Shown: positions 1 through 10,138, numbered from the stretch's first letter. The stretch is 64,000 bases of DNA from a bacterium (GCA_965233585.1 CBDDTI010000747.1:320001-384000), one strand, 5' to 3'. Notes: a model not told the origin generated them from the letters alone. A program made the numbers and translations.

Positions 1-69
1 AAGGTCTGCCTTTTGGTAGATTTGGAACAAATCCCCTGGAACGTCATGATTGATTTGGTATGATTTCAT
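1..69 (-). CDS. 5' part of a gene running off the window edge, possibly an RNase D-like 3'-5' exonuclease
   Basis: Manual translation from ATG at 69 gives MKSYQINHDVPGDLFQIYQKADL, open to the edge and divergent from the 209 gene. Only 23 codons are visible, so the product is a weak guess. Confidence 0.35.
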   Translation of the reverse strand, partial: MKSYQINHDVPGDLFQIYQKADL

Positions 70-208
70 ATTTCTGTCAAAAAATATAATGTCTCACTGC
101 ACAACAATTTTTAATAATATTGTAAAAAAAGTATTTAAATTTTTTACAAAACGAATTATAATTCTTTCGTTTGTGTCCTGAAAATTTTAACCTCAAATTA
201 AATCATAT

Positions 209-979
209 ATGACTATGACTAGACAAGAAAAATATGAACACTTTAAAAGTCTTCATCAAAAAAACAATCCTGTCATTCTGTACAATATTTGGAATGCAGG
301 TTCTGCAAAAGTGGCAGTAGATGCTGGTGCAACAGTGGTTGCAACAGGAAGTAAACCGATGGCTCTTTCTCAAGGATACCCTGATGGTGAGGTGATTCCA
401 TTTGAGCAAGTTTTAGCGACTATCAGGCAAATCGTATCACATGTCAATGTTCCCTTGAGTGTTGACTTTGAAGGTGGATATGCAGGAACAGATGACCAAT
501 TATTAGCAGAAAATACCAAAAAGCTGATTGATACAGGGGTCATTGGGCTAAACTTTGAAGATCAAATCATCGGCAGTGAAGGATTGTATGAGGTTGAAAT
601 CCAATCAAAACGGATTCAAATCATTCGCAAAACAGCTGAAGAGGCGGGAGTTTCTTTGTTCATCAACGCCAGAACAGACCTTTTCTTCAAGGAAAAAGAC
701 AAATCCAATCACGTCAACGTGTTAGGTCAGGCACACGAGCGAGCAAAAGCCTATAAAGACGCTGGGGCTGACAGCTTCTTTGTCCCAGGACTTGACAATC
801 TTGAAGCGATTAGAACGTTGTGCCAAAAGTTAGACATGCCAGTCAATATTGTCAAATTACCTACTGCACCAAGTAACAAGGATTTGGCTGATGCTGGCGT
901 ACAAAGAATTAGCTACGGACCATTTGCTTATGCTGCTCTAATGAAAACTTTTGGAGAGAGAGCTGCAGAAAACAGCTAA
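209..979 (+). CDS. Isocitrate lyase/PEP mutase family protein
   Basis: 256 aa with motifs NIWNAGSA, VDFEGGY, GLNFEDQ, FINARTD, AGADSFFVPG. Confidence 0.9.
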   Translation: MTMTRQEKYEHFKSLHQKNNPVILYNIWNAGSAKVAVDAGATVVATGSKPMALSQGYPDGEVIPFEQVLATIRQIVSHVNVPLSVDFEGGYAGTDDQLLAENTKKLIDTGVIGLNFEDQIIGSEGLYEVEIQSKRIQIIRKTAEEAGVSLFINARTDLFFKEKDKSNHVNVLGQAHERAKAYKDAGADSFFVPGLDNLEAIRTLCQKLDMPVNIVKLPTAPSNKDLADAGVQRISYGPFAYAALMKTFGERAAENS

Positions 980-1063
980 CGTTGCACATGAAGCGATAGC
1001 CAGCTAGCAGTGTCTACGTTTCATGCACTTCAAACATTCAATATCTCAAAAGCAGTCAGTGTT

Positions 1064-2104
1064 TCAATAGGTGTAAGGATACATGGCATACACTTTGTTG
1101 ATCTCGTAAATTAAATTGTCAGGAAACGGCTTTTGAAACATGTCAAGATTGTCTTGAAGTTGCTGATTAGATGTTGCACCAATGATCACAGAACCCACAA
1201 AACGTCTCTTCAAAGCAAAGCCGATTGCCAGTTGAGAGGGTGTTAGATCATGGTCTTTAGCAATTTTCAAATAGGCGTCAGTGGCTTCTATGGATTTTGG
1301 AGTGAGTCGTTCAAAATGTTCTTTGAAGATAGCGGCTCGTGATTGAGCAGGACGTTCCCCTGTCTGATATTTACCAGTGAGCATTCCTGCCGCAAGCGGA
1401 CTATAAGCCAATAAACTGACCTCTTCGTGCCAGCAAGTTTCTGCAAGGTCAAGGTCAAATTGTCGGTAAAGCAAGCTGTATTCATTTTGAATGCTTTCAA
1501 TGCGTGGCAGCCCCTTTTGTTCATGTGCGTTCAAATACTGCATCACACCCCATGCTGTCTCGTTAGAAACACCAATCGCTCGGATTTTACCCTCCTTAAC
1601 AAAACCTTGTAAGCATTCCAACACCTCATGGAAGTTGTCCAAAACCCTGTTTTTGGAGCTATGCCGACAAGGGTCATAATTCCACATCCTCCTAAAATGA
1701 TAATGTCCTCTGTTGGGCCAATGCAGTTGATAAAGGTCAACATAATCAGTTTGTAACCTTTGAAGGCTTTGTTCTAATGCTTTAGTGATGGCTTTGGCGG
1801 TAATCGGTTCGCCATCTCTAATCCAACTCAAGCCGACACCCGCGACTTTCGTAGCAACGACATATTGGTCTCGTTGCTGTTGCTTAAGCCAACGTCCGAT
1901 GTATTCTTCTGTCAATCCTTGTGTGGTTTGATTGGGTGGCACGGGGTACATTTCTGCTGTATCCAAAAAATTCACTCCAGCTTCTGCTGCCAGTTGCAGT
2001 TGCTGATGTGCTTCTTCTTCAGAGTTTTGCATGCCCCACGTCATTGTTCCCAGACAAATCCGACTAATCTTGATGTCTGTTTTTCCTAAATTTTGGTACT
2101 CCAT
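1064..2104 (-). CDS. tas: NADP(H)-dependent aldo/keto reductase, Tas-like
   Basis: ICLGTMTWG, FLDTAEMYPVP, DLYQLHWP, IGVSNET, IQNEYSLL motifs. Confidence 0.85.
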   Translation of the reverse strand: MEYQNLGKTDIKISRICLGTMTWGMQNSEEEAHQQLQLAAEAGVNFLDTAEMYPVPPNQTTQGLTEEYIGRWLKQQQRDQYVVATKVAGVGLSWIRDGEPITAKAITKALEQSLQRLQTDYVDLYQLHWPNRGHYHFRRMWNYDPCRHSSKNRVLDNFHEVLECLQGFVKEGKIRAIGVSNETAWGVMQYLNAHEQKGLPRIESIQNEYSLLYRQFDLDLAETCWHEEVSLLAYSPLAAGMLTGKYQTGERPAQSRAAIFKEHFERLTPKSIEATDAYLKIAKDHDLTPSQLAIGFALKRRFVGSVIIGATSNQQLQDNLDMFQKPFPDNLIYEINKVYAMYPYTY

Positions 2105-2282
2105 AAATCCCTCCAGTAGTTTGATTTTAAAGGTTTCTAAAATGTTGTCAAAGCAGAGATGCCTGACAAAAAGACAAGACTACACAATAACCGACATTAT
2201 TTCAATGAAAACCAAACAATCCAGTCAATGAATCATCTGGTCAATAGAGTAGGTCATAGATTATGGCAATCTGCAATGCCAT

Positions 2283-2630
2283 TCAAGGTTCAATGATTCT
2301 GATTTGGTCTGCTTCAGGTTGCAGGAGGTAAATCCCCTTAGCTTTGGCATCAGAGACAAAATGTTCTGGAATGCCTTGACACGCAAGTCCCAGATGAATT
2401 TGAAAACTCTGATATTGCGAAAACACGACAGGAAACGTCTCTTTCCTCAATCGTCTTTCTTCCTTCATCTCTTTTTCCCATTTTGCATGGCGTTCTGGTC
2501 TTTCTTTTTTCCACTTGGCATTAGATTCTTGCTGTTGTTACGCAAATTCTTCTTGCTTCTTTGTTAGCTTTTGTATGCCTTTGGCATTTTCTTTTAAAAT
2601 TGCTCAAATTTCGTCAAATCTTGCACTCAT
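2283..2630 (-). pseudogene. Degraded coiled-coil protein, DUF3782-like; two in-frame stops and probable internal deletion
   Basis: AAGGAG RBS then ATG at 2630. One frame reads MSARFDEI*AILKENAKGIQKLTKKQEEFA*QQQ...FSQYQSFQIHLGLACQGIPEHFVSDAKAKGIYLLQPEADQIRIIEP. Confidence 0.6.
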
Positions 2631-2723
2631 TTTGAACTCCTTAGATTTAAAGTCTATAAAATCAAACAACTAGTCCAGCAGATTTTTGAGAAAAAGAGTG
2701 AGAGCAGAATGAGAAAGAAATTG

Positions 2724-2960
2724 GGCATTGTTAATTTACAATAGATGTTGTATCACCTTGTTATTTAAGAAGTAAGGCGAAAAACATGTTAAGCAGTTGT
2801 CCTAAATGTTCCCATGGTTATATAATCAAAGATGGTTTGATCAAAGGCAAGCAAAGATACCAGTGTAAGCGCTGTGTTTATAGGTTCACAGTGCAAAGAA
2901 GAAATTCAAAGGAGGCTTCTAAGTCAATCAAGAAGAAGGCATTTATCTTTTTCAAGAACA
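2724..2960 (+). mobile_element. IS1-family remnant (left end plus truncated InsA)
   Basis: GGCATTGTTAA at 2724 is the same terminus as the IS1 at 5883. The ORF at 2786 begins CPKC...KDG..KGKQRYQCKRC (InsA Zn finger) and loses similarity after about 55 codons. Right boundary approximate. Confidence 0.75.
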
Positions 2961-3100
2961 AGCTGGAGAGTTACAGGTCATCACATCTGCTTCGTTGCAG
3001 CCACAGCTGGAGGCAATGGAATCCTGAACACTTGTTTTCTGTTAGGCTGTGGTACCCTCTTTCACTCTTTTGAAAGCTCTGAATCCATATTTGGTTTGCT

Positions 3101-3300
3101 GATAGATTCCGTGTCAGGCACGGAATGACGTGAGTGTTGCAGTCTTATCTTTTCGTCATTGCCCACCTTGACCTGCAATCTCTCTTTTGTTCTTTCTCAC
3201 TGTGTTGACATTCTTCTTTTGAGATTCCGTATCAAGCACGGAATGACGGTTTGCTCTTTTTCCCATTCCCCCGTCATTGCGAACTTGATACGCAAACTCC
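3101..3300. repeat. Cluster of four CGTC/TGTC-type REP-like palindromes
   Basis: GATTCCGTGTCAGGCACGGAATGACG, CGTCATTGC..CAATCTC, GAGATTCCGTATCAAGCACGGAATGACG, CCGTCATTGCGAACTTGATACGCAA. Confidence 0.85.
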
Positions 3301-3416
3301 ATTAGATTTTGGGGATTGATTAGCCCTGAAGCATGGACAGTAGAAGAGGCAAAAAATTGAGTTTGTTAAGTTTGAATAGCTGGTTATCAAGTCTTGTGTC
3401 AATCGTTTGCCAGTTT

Positions 3417-4160
3417 TCATAAATCTCCGTAGAGAAATTGAAGATGAGCAGCAATGGCAGTCGCTGCTGTTTCTGTACGCAAAGTTCTTGACCCACAGCC
3501 GATGATTTGATAACGAGATGCCTGACAAATCTCCAACTCTTTATCAGTGAATCCACCTTCTGCACCGATGATGACTCTGCAACTTAAACACGAATCTGAT
3601 GAATTGAAAGACAGCGATGAGGTCAGATGTAGCACCCACTGCTTTTGCAAAGGTTCGCAACTTTTTAGAGCATCGGCAAGTGAAACAAAGTAGTCAATTT
3701 GGGGAGGCTTCCAACGTTCAGACTGCTTGCATGCCTCAAGGGCAACCCGCTGCCATTTTGCCAATAGCTTGGCATAAAAACTCACAGGGCTTCTCTCTGC
3801 ACGGAAAACAATGATGCGACTCACTCCAAGTTCTGTCAGTTTCTGCACTGCAAAATGAAGTGCTTTTTCTTTGCAAAGTGCTATCATCACTTCTAATTGC
3901 AATGGGGATTCTTGGGGAGGGGTTAACTCTTTTTCTATCATCAGGGAGGCAGAGTGATGTTGCTTTTCAAGCAAAGAGGCTTCAAACCTTCTGTAATTGG
4001 CATCTTGCAAAATCAGGCTTTCGCCACGACATAACCTTCTCACTTGCAACGCATGCCGCGCTTCTTCTCCTGAAAAATCGGCAGTCTGACCAACCTCTAA
4101 AAATCCATCATATAAAAAATAAGGCATCTGTTTTTTCGCTGTCAAATCGCATGTTAACAT
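3417..4160 (-). CDS. rsmE: 16S rRNA m3U1498 methyltransferase (true start possibly at MPYF, ~4127)
   Basis: HALQVRRL, QKLTELGV, EACKQSER, IGAEGGFT, LRTETA motifs. Confidence 0.92.
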   Translation of the reverse strand: MLTCDLTAKKQMPYFLYDGFLEVGQTADFSGEEARHALQVRRLCRGESLILQDANYRRFEASLLEKQHHSASLMIEKELTPPQESPLQLEVMIALCKEKALHFAVQKLTELGVSRIIVFRAERSPVSFYAKLLAKWQRVALEACKQSERWKPPQIDYFVSLADALKSCEPLQKQWVLHLTSSLSFNSSDSCLSCRVIIGAEGGFTDKELEICQASRYQIIGCGSRTLRTETAATAIAAHLQFLYGDL

Positions 4161-4183
4161 AACTTCATCTCTTTTGAAAAAAT

Positions 4184-5311
4184 ATGAAAATTGTCATTGC
4201 CCCTGATTCGTTTAAAGAAAGCCTGACGGCTTTACAAGTGGCTCGTGCAATCCAAGAAGGATTTCAGCACGTTTTTCCTGATGCAGATTATCTGCAAATT
4301 CCTTTGGCTGACGGAGGCGAAGGCACAGTGCAAGCAGTCATTGATGCAATGGGTGGCAAGCTGGTGTCTTTGCAAGTGATGGGACCGCTGGGCAAACCAG
4401 TTTGGGCAAGTTATGGTTTGTGCCAAGCAACAGCAGTGATTGAAATGGCAGAGGCTTCAGGGCTTCATTTACTTGCTCAAGAAGAACGAAACCCACTTTT
4501 GACAACAACCTATGGAACGGGAGAGTTGATTCAAGATGCTCTGAATCGCGGAGTCAAGCATGTCATTTTGGGGATTGGAGGCAGTGCAACTCACGATGGG
4601 GGTGCAGGCATGGCACAAGCGTTGGGTTGGGAGTTTTTTGACAAGCAGGGTCGTCGCTTCCCAAAAGGCATGGGAGGAGGTGCATTGATGGATTTGCACA
4701 AAATTGATGACTCTCAAAAACATGACGCCATGGCTCAATGTCAATTTGAGGTGGCATGTGATGTGAGTAATCCTTTGTGCGGACCAAAGGGGGCAGCAGC
4801 TATTTTTGCAACACAAAAAGGAGCATCTGCTGAAGTTATTCCTATCCTTGACCAAGCACTCAATCACTATGCAGATGTTTTGGTTCAACATGGGTTTTCA
4901 GATTTGAGACAGCAATCGGGTGCAGGTGCGGCAGGGGGTTTGGGATTTGGTGCAGCTATTTTCCTCAATGCTCAACTGCAATCAGGGTTTGAGGTGATTA
5001 GCAGATGTCTTCAGTTGGAAGAGAAAATCAAGGGAGCAGATTTAGTGTTGACAGGAGAAGGTTGTATTGACGGACAAACGATTTACGGCAAGACTCCCAT
5101 TGGAGTTGCGAAACTGGCACAAAAACAGGGCATTCCAACGATTGCCGTTGCAGGTGTTTTAGGTAAAGATTACCAGTTAGTCAGGCAACATGGAATCCAT
5201 GCAACCTTTTCTATTACGCCACGACTCATGTCCCTTGACCAAGCATTGCAGGAAACTTACATCAATCTGGTCAACGTTGCTACAAACATTGCATCGGTTT
5301 GGAAGTTGTAA
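4184..5311 (+). CDS. glxK: Glycerate kinase (GlxK/GarK family)
   Basis: MKIVIAPDSFKESL, ADGGEGT, GIGGSAT, GAGAAGGLG, TGEG motifs. Confidence 0.92.
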   Translation: MKIVIAPDSFKESLTALQVARAIQEGFQHVFPDADYLQIPLADGGEGTVQAVIDAMGGKLVSLQVMGPLGKPVWASYGLCQATAVIEMAEASGLHLLAQEERNPLLTTTYGTGELIQDALNRGVKHVILGIGGSATHDGGAGMAQALGWEFFDKQGRRFPKGMGGGALMDLHKIDDSQKHDAMAQCQFEVACDVSNPLCGPKGAAAIFATQKGASAEVIPILDQALNHYADVLVQHGFSDLRQQSGAGAAGGLGFGAAIFLNAQLQSGFEVISRCLQLEEKIKGADLVLTGEGCIDGQTIYGKTPIGVAKLAQKQGIPTIAVAGVLGKDYQLVRQHGIHATFSITPRLMSLDQALQETYINLVNVATNIASVWKL

Positions 5312-5452
5312 AATCTTCCTACCTCAAACTTTGTTTCACAAGTTTAGACAACTCCGATGTTTGGTGCTTGTTTAGTACAGAGTGGACTTGAAATCCTGTT
5401 CTGTCTAAGATTTGCTGAACGTCAATTTCAAAGGCGGTCACCACAAACATAA

Positions 5453-5820
5453 GGTCAGCAATGACGATTCTGTCACTTGAATGCTTGACACAGAATCTCA
5501 AACGCCCTCCGTTATTCCGTGCTTGACACGGAATCCATCAGCAGTTAGAAGATAGATTCCTGCTTTCGCAGGAATGACCAAATGCAAGACTGCAAACTTC
5601 ATCAGTCACTTGAGTGCTTGACATGGAATCTATCACCAAACCAAGCATGGATTCCTGCTTTCGCTCCGAATGACAACTCCCGTCAAACGCTCTTGAGATT
5701 GCGGGTCAAGGTGAACAATGACGAAAGAACAAACAAAGGCAAGAAGACAAAGGGAGCAGGACGCCCCCTTTTTTTAAAATGAGAAAGTTTGAGATTGCGG
5801 GTCAAGCCCGCAATGACGAA
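5453..5820. repeat. Cluster of REP-like palindromes
   Basis: TGTCACTTGAATGCTTGACACAGAATCTC, TTCCGTGCTTGACACGGAATCC, GATTCCTGCTTTCGCAGGAATGAC, GAGATTGCGGGTCAAGCCCGCAATGACG. Confidence 0.85.
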
Positions 5821-5882
5821 GGAAAAAAGAAACGAAAACGTTTAAGCACGTTCTGGAATCTGTACAAAACAAAGATAAATAA

Positions 5883-6642
5883 GGCATTGTTAAGTAATAA
5901 GTGATAGCTGATTATTCCGTTTTGCCATGAACAAAAGAACAGAATATTGTAATGCTTTAAGAGACTTGCTGTAACATTTGGTTTTCCTTCTCATTCTTGC
6001 CAAGAAATGTCTCAAGAGAGAATTATACCCTTCTATCGTGTATGTTTCTGCCTTGGAACATGTATGAATTTCTTTGGGAATGACTTGTTTGTAAGCCTTG
6101 CAGTGATCAGTCATCACCTGAAGAGGTTTTGTTTCCTTGACCTTGTCCCATAAATGCCTACAGGCTTTTGAGTCTCTGTTTCCAAGCACACAATTGATAA
6201 ATTGCTTCCCACATCTATCAACAGCAATCCAGAGCCAGCAGTAGTTTTTTTTGACTGGATGTAGGTGTGCATTTCATCAATTTCCATAATTTCAATGTCT
6301 GTGTCCTTTCTTAATGCCTTGAGCTGTTCGCCAAAACTACAGACCCAATTATAAACTGAAACATGAGAACAATTCAGCAAACGACCGATTGACCTGAAAC
6401 CAAGACCCTCCAAATACAACTCTAATGCTCTTCTTTTGATCTGTGGTGAGATTTGACCACGATAGGACTTGGTATATTGATAGTTGCAGGCATTGCAACG
6501 CCTCCTCGGTTTACCATATAAAAAACCATTCTTAACCATCTTCTCACTTTCACATCTAGGACACGACTTCATTGCTACACCATGACTATCAATTCAATTA
6601 AATGAACTTAATATCGCATATCACTTATAGTTTAACAATACC
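5883..6642 (-). mobile_element. IS1-family insertion sequence, apparently intact
   Basis: Imperfect 24-bp terminal IRs GGCATTGTTAAGTAATAAGTGATA and GGTATTGTTAAACTATAAGTGATA. InsA and InsB frames overlap at an A8C slippery site (~6244-6252). No target-site duplication is evident. Confidence 0.93.
5890..6572 (-). CDS. IS1 transposase InsAB' made by programmed -1 frameshift
   Basis: InsA CPRC..CNAC plus HTH and EIDEMHTYIQSKK; -1 frame continues NYCWLWIAVD..MTDHCKAY..IEGYNSLLRHFLARMRRKTKCYSKS (DDE). Confidence 0.9.
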
Positions 6643-6683
6643 AAAATATATTTATATAAATTGATAATCTAGGAGACGAAGCC

Positions 6684-7067
6684 ATGCAAGAAAAACAATG
6701 TAATCACCCATTAAATCTTAATGATTATTATATAGCACGTGCAAATTGGGAAGGAACAGATCAATCAGAAAGATTTATTAAGAATAATATATGGGAAGAT
6801 GGTTATAAAAAGTCCGGTGATGCAAAATTTGAACAAAGAATCCGTAAATTAAAAGAAGGAGATATTCTTATATTAGCAGTACCTACAAATACTATTTCTT
6901 GTATTGGTACGGTCATTGAACCAACTAAAAATGGATACTCAGTAAAGGTAAAATGGTTTAAAAACTTTAATAGATTTTCTACCGACGCTATCCAATATGG
7001 ATATATGGATACTATTCAAAAAATTCTTTCAGATAAAGATAAATTAAAAAAATACTGTAGATTATAA
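6684..7067 (+). CDS. Stand-alone or truncated domain resembling the N-terminal DNA-recognition domain of McrB-like restriction GTPases
   Basis: AT-rich; GGAG RBS; YYIARANWEGTDQSERFIKNNIWEDGY...IRKLKEGDILIL...IGTV...VKW pattern; no NTPase domain follows. Confidence 0.5.
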   Translation: MQEKQCNHPLNLNDYYIARANWEGTDQSERFIKNNIWEDGYKKSGDAKFEQRIRKLKEGDILILAVPTNTISCIGTVIEPTKNGYSVKVKWFKNFNRFSTDAIQYGYMDTIQKILSDKDKLKKYCRL

Positions 7068-7220
7068 TTAAATTTTACGTACAAACAACAATACTTTTTG
7101 CTTTGAAATTACAATTATACTCTATGTAAATATCTGTTGACGGAGTCAAATGTGTAAATCCTTTAATTGAAGTAATGACACAAAAAACTTTTGTAGGATT
7201 TTATGTTGTGTCAAGTCAAA

Positions 7221-7297
7221 TATATAACTCCCGAATTTTTACCCCCACCCGATTTATTAGAATCAAGTATATAAATTCTAAAATAGGGAGTTATATA
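7221..7297. mobile_element. Possible 77-bp MITE
   Basis: Perfect 12-bp terminal inverted repeats TATATAACTCCC / GGGAGTTATATA with TA-rich ends. Confidence 0.4.
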
Positions 7298-7335
7298 CTT
7301 ATCGTAAAGTTTTGTATGTCAATGCTATCACAAAA

Positions 7336-8238
7336 CTAAACCCAATCTTTTGGGTTTTTCAAGACATCTATCAGTTTTTGCTGGGGGCTGTTTTCTTTGG
7401 GTTGATGGTTGTAACGCCATTGGACAACAGCGGGTAAGCTCATCAAAATACTTTCTATGCGTCCCCCTGTTTTGAGTCCAAACAAAGTCCCTTTGTCGTG
7501 AATTAAATTAAACTCCACATAACGTCCGCGTCTAATTTGTTGCCACTTGACATCTTCTTGAGTGTATGGAATGTCTTTTCGTTTGGAGACAATGGGCAGA
7601 TAAGCCTTGACAAAGCTGTGTCCCACAGCAGTGACAAAGTCATATCTCTCTTGCAAAGTGTACGTTTCGTTTGCTTTTAAATAATCAAAAAACAAGCCTC
7701 CAATGCCTCTCGCTTCGTTCCTATGTGTATTCCAAAAATACTCATCACATTGTTTTTTATACTGGGGGTACAATTCTTCGCCATGTAGGTTACAGACGTT
7801 TTGACAAACTTGATGAAAATACACAGCATCATCTTCAAATAAAAAATAAGGGGTTAAATCTTGACCTCCGCCAAACCATTGACTTGTGACGTCTCCTTGC
7901 TGATTATACATTTCAAAATATCGCCAATTTGCGTGAACAGTGGGAACGAAAGGATTTTTTGGATGCAAGACAAGGCTCAACCCGCAAGCATAAAAATTGC
8001 CTTCTGAAACTTTTAAATGTTGTTGCAAAGACACTGGTAATTGTCCATGAACAGCAGAGATGTTAACCCCGCCTTTTTCAAAGACGTCCCCATCTTCAAT
8101 GATACGTGTTCTGCCACCTCCTCCGCCTTCTCTCTCCCATAAATCTTCTTGAAAGTCTGCTTTGCAATCTAAGGCAGACACTTCTTGAGTGATGCTGTCT
8201 TGAAGTTGCTGGATATGCTGATAAAATTTTTCTTTCAT
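7336..8238 (-). CDS. hemF: Oxygen-dependent coproporphyrinogen III oxidase
   Basis: FEKGGVN, PTVHANWRYF, WFGGGQDLTP, RGIGGLFFD, RRGRYVEFNL, SILMSLP. Confidence 0.97.
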   Translation of the reverse strand: MKEKFYQHIQQLQDSITQEVSALDCKADFQEDLWEREGGGGGRTRIIEDGDVFEKGGVNISAVHGQLPVSLQQHLKVSEGNFYACGLSLVLHPKNPFVPTVHANWRYFEMYNQQGDVTSQWFGGGQDLTPYFLFEDDAVYFHQVCQNVCNLHGEELYPQYKKQCDEYFWNTHRNEARGIGGLFFDYLKANETYTLQERYDFVTAVGHSFVKAYLPIVSKRKDIPYTQEDVKWQQIRRGRYVEFNLIHDKGTLFGLKTGGRIESILMSLPAVVQWRYNHQPKENSPQQKLIDVLKNPKDWV

Positions 8239-8291
8239 TCTGGAATGTCGTGAAATGAGAGTTGATTTGAAAAAGATTTTTTGGGATTTGA

Positions 8292-9059
8292 CTAGAAGAA
8301 GTTCACGTAAATCAATCTGACCAAAGTTGCAAAAACCATCAATAAAAAAATAGGTTTAATAAAACCTGCTCCTTTTTGAATGGCAAGATGAGAGCCTATG
8401 AACGCTCCTAAAATTTGCCCAATTCCCATAAGGACTCCCACCATGATGAGAAGGTTGCCTTGAAAGTAGAAAAATAAGATGGCGGCTAGGTTACTGGTTA
8501 AATTCATCACTTTGGTAAAACCTGTGGCTTGGACAAGATTCATTCCTGCGAAACTAACTAATGAAATTGCCCAAAATGCGCCTGTCCCTGGACCAAAAAA
8601 TCCATCATAAAAACCTAGCAATAAACCAAATAATATGAAAAACGATTTTAAACTTAACTTGGCTTGGCTTTGTTCATCACTCAATTTTTTAGAAAAGACA
8701 GAGTACACCAAAACAACCATTAAAAAGAAGGGAATCACCTTTGATAAAAGATCGCTAGGAATAAACTGGATTGCCAAAGTGCCAAGACTTGCACCAACAA
8801 AAGTCAAAGCGACTCCAAGATAAACAACTCTTCCTTGAACAACACCTTTCCTAATGAAATTGAACGTAGAGGTGAACGTTCCAAAGGCAGATTGCAACTT
8901 GTTCGTCCCCAAAGCCAGATGCGGAGGCATGCCAGTTGAAAGTAAGACAGGGAGTGCAATCAATCCACCACCACCTGCAACAGAGTCCACAAAACCTGCC
9001 AAGACCCCTGTTGATGTCAGTAATAAAACAGTCGTCCAAGTTAATTCAAAATCTATCAT
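8292..9059 (-). CDS. TSUP (TauE/SafE, YfcA-like) membrane transporter
   Basis: AGFVDSVAGGGGLI, ALGTNKLQ, GFYDGFFGPGTG. Confidence 0.9.
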   Translation of the reverse strand: MIDFELTWTTVLLLTSTGVLAGFVDSVAGGGGLIALPVLLSTGMPPHLALGTNKLQSAFGTFTSTFNFIRKGVVQGRVVYLGVALTFVGASLGTLAIQFIPSDLLSKVIPFFLMVVLVYSVFSKKLSDEQSQAKLSLKSFFILFGLLLGFYDGFFGPGTGAFWAISLVSFAGMNLVQATGFTKVMNLTSNLAAILFFYFQGNLLIMVGVLMGIGQILGAFIGSHLAIQKGAGFIKPIFLLMVFATLVRLIYVNFF

Positions 9060-9176
9060 CTAGCTTCTCCTTCTTTTGTAAAGATTTTTGACAATTCAGT
9101 AATTTGAGTGAGTGATTGAAGGTCATATCCTTCAACTTATGCGGGAAATAATCAACTAAATTCTAAAAAACGATGC

Positions 9177-9698
9177 TTAAACAGAGAACCTAGAATAAGA
9201 AGAAACAGAAGGGGCAAGATTTCCTGTGACAGAGTAGGTAGAACGTGAGTGCAGTTGTTCCTGTAAAAATTGGAGTGATGTTTCAATGGGTTTCAGACGA
9301 GCATTTGCAATTTCTGCTGTTTGATTGGCAAGGTCAGAAATCTGTTGCATCAACTCTAGTAATTGTTTTTTGAGTTTTTGCAAAGACTGTCTTGACTGGG
9401 GAGGAAGGTGTTGCTGCAAAGTGGAAAGGGTGATGGTTTGAAACACCTCTTTTGGCAAATCAAGTTCTTGAGCAAGCTCATTTGTGATTTCCAAGCGACG
9501 TTGCTCTTCTGCTGAAATTTGCCTGATTTTCTGGTGCTTCTTTGCATGAAGTTGCATCAACTCTGACGCAGAATGCTTGCCAAGATTTTCTGATTCTTGT
9601 GTAAGAAGATGCAATAAATCTTGGTGAAGCAAGACTTGTTGTCTCAATGAGTTGACTAACTGATTGAACAAGTTTTCCATAATTGATGGAACATTCAA
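9177..9698 (-). CDS. flgN: Flagellar export chaperone FlgN
   Basis: Helical protein of ~170 aa with C-terminal TYSVTG, directly downstream of flgM. Confidence 0.75.
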   Translation of the reverse strand: MNVPSIMENLFNQLVNSLRQQVLLHQDLLHLLTQESENLGKHSASELMQLHAKKHQKIRQISAEEQRRLEITNELAQELDLPKEVFQTITLSTLQQHLPPQSRQSLQKLKKQLLELMQQISDLANQTAEIANARLKPIETSLQFLQEQLHSRSTYSVTGNLAPSVSSYSRFSV

Positions 9699-9707
9699 GA
9701 GAGAGGT

Positions 9708-9995
9708 TTAAACTTCTTCACGCAGCGAATCCAGAATCATTTTAGAGGCAAGTTGCTCTGAATTGACCTGATATTCTCCACTTTCAATTCTTGCTTTGAG
9801 TTCTGCAACTTTGTCAGCACGTATGTCAGGTTCAAGTTGAATCCGCTTTTGAATTTTGTTCATGGTGAAGTCTGACGTCTCCACAGAACGTGAACCTGAA
9901 GTCTGATTGGCTTGCGTTCCGTCTTTAGAAACTTTTGCAAGCTCACCATCAGCCTTGTTTGTTGTGGTAGTAGGTGGTTGATAGTTAATTTTCAT
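9708..9995 (-). CDS. flgM: Anti-sigma-28 factor FlgM
   Basis: DIRADKVAELKARIESGEYQVNSEQLASKMI motif. Confidence 0.92.
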   Translation of the reverse strand: MKINYQPPTTTTNKADGELAKVSKDGTQANQTSGSRSVETSDFTMNKIQKRIQLEPDIRADKVAELKARIESGEYQVNSEQLASKMILDSLREEV

Positions 9996-10106
9996 AGAGA
10001 CCTTTTTTAGTGAAAAACAATGCTAGAAGAAATTCCAATTAGAAGATAGAAACCAGACAGCTTATCTCATTTCTATTCGGAGAGGCAACTCATTGCCTTA
10101 CACTAA

Positions 10107-10133
10107 ATATCGGCAAGCCCGTTCAAAACTTTA
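10107..10133 (-). promoter_or_regulatory. Sigma-28 (FliA) promoter for flgMN
   Basis: Minus strand TAAA-GTTTTGAACGGGCTT(15 nt)-GCCGATAT; near-consensus and upstream of flgM. Confidence 0.88.
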
Positions 10134-10138
10134 ATTTT

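Noticed and set aside
120..172. Two AT-rich inverted repeats in the divergent promoter
   Set aside because: Low complexity with no cognate regulator nearby; support is insufficient.
2960..3073. C-terminal half of ORF 2786-3073 as a real protein
   Set aside because: Read-through from truncated InsA into unrelated sequence.
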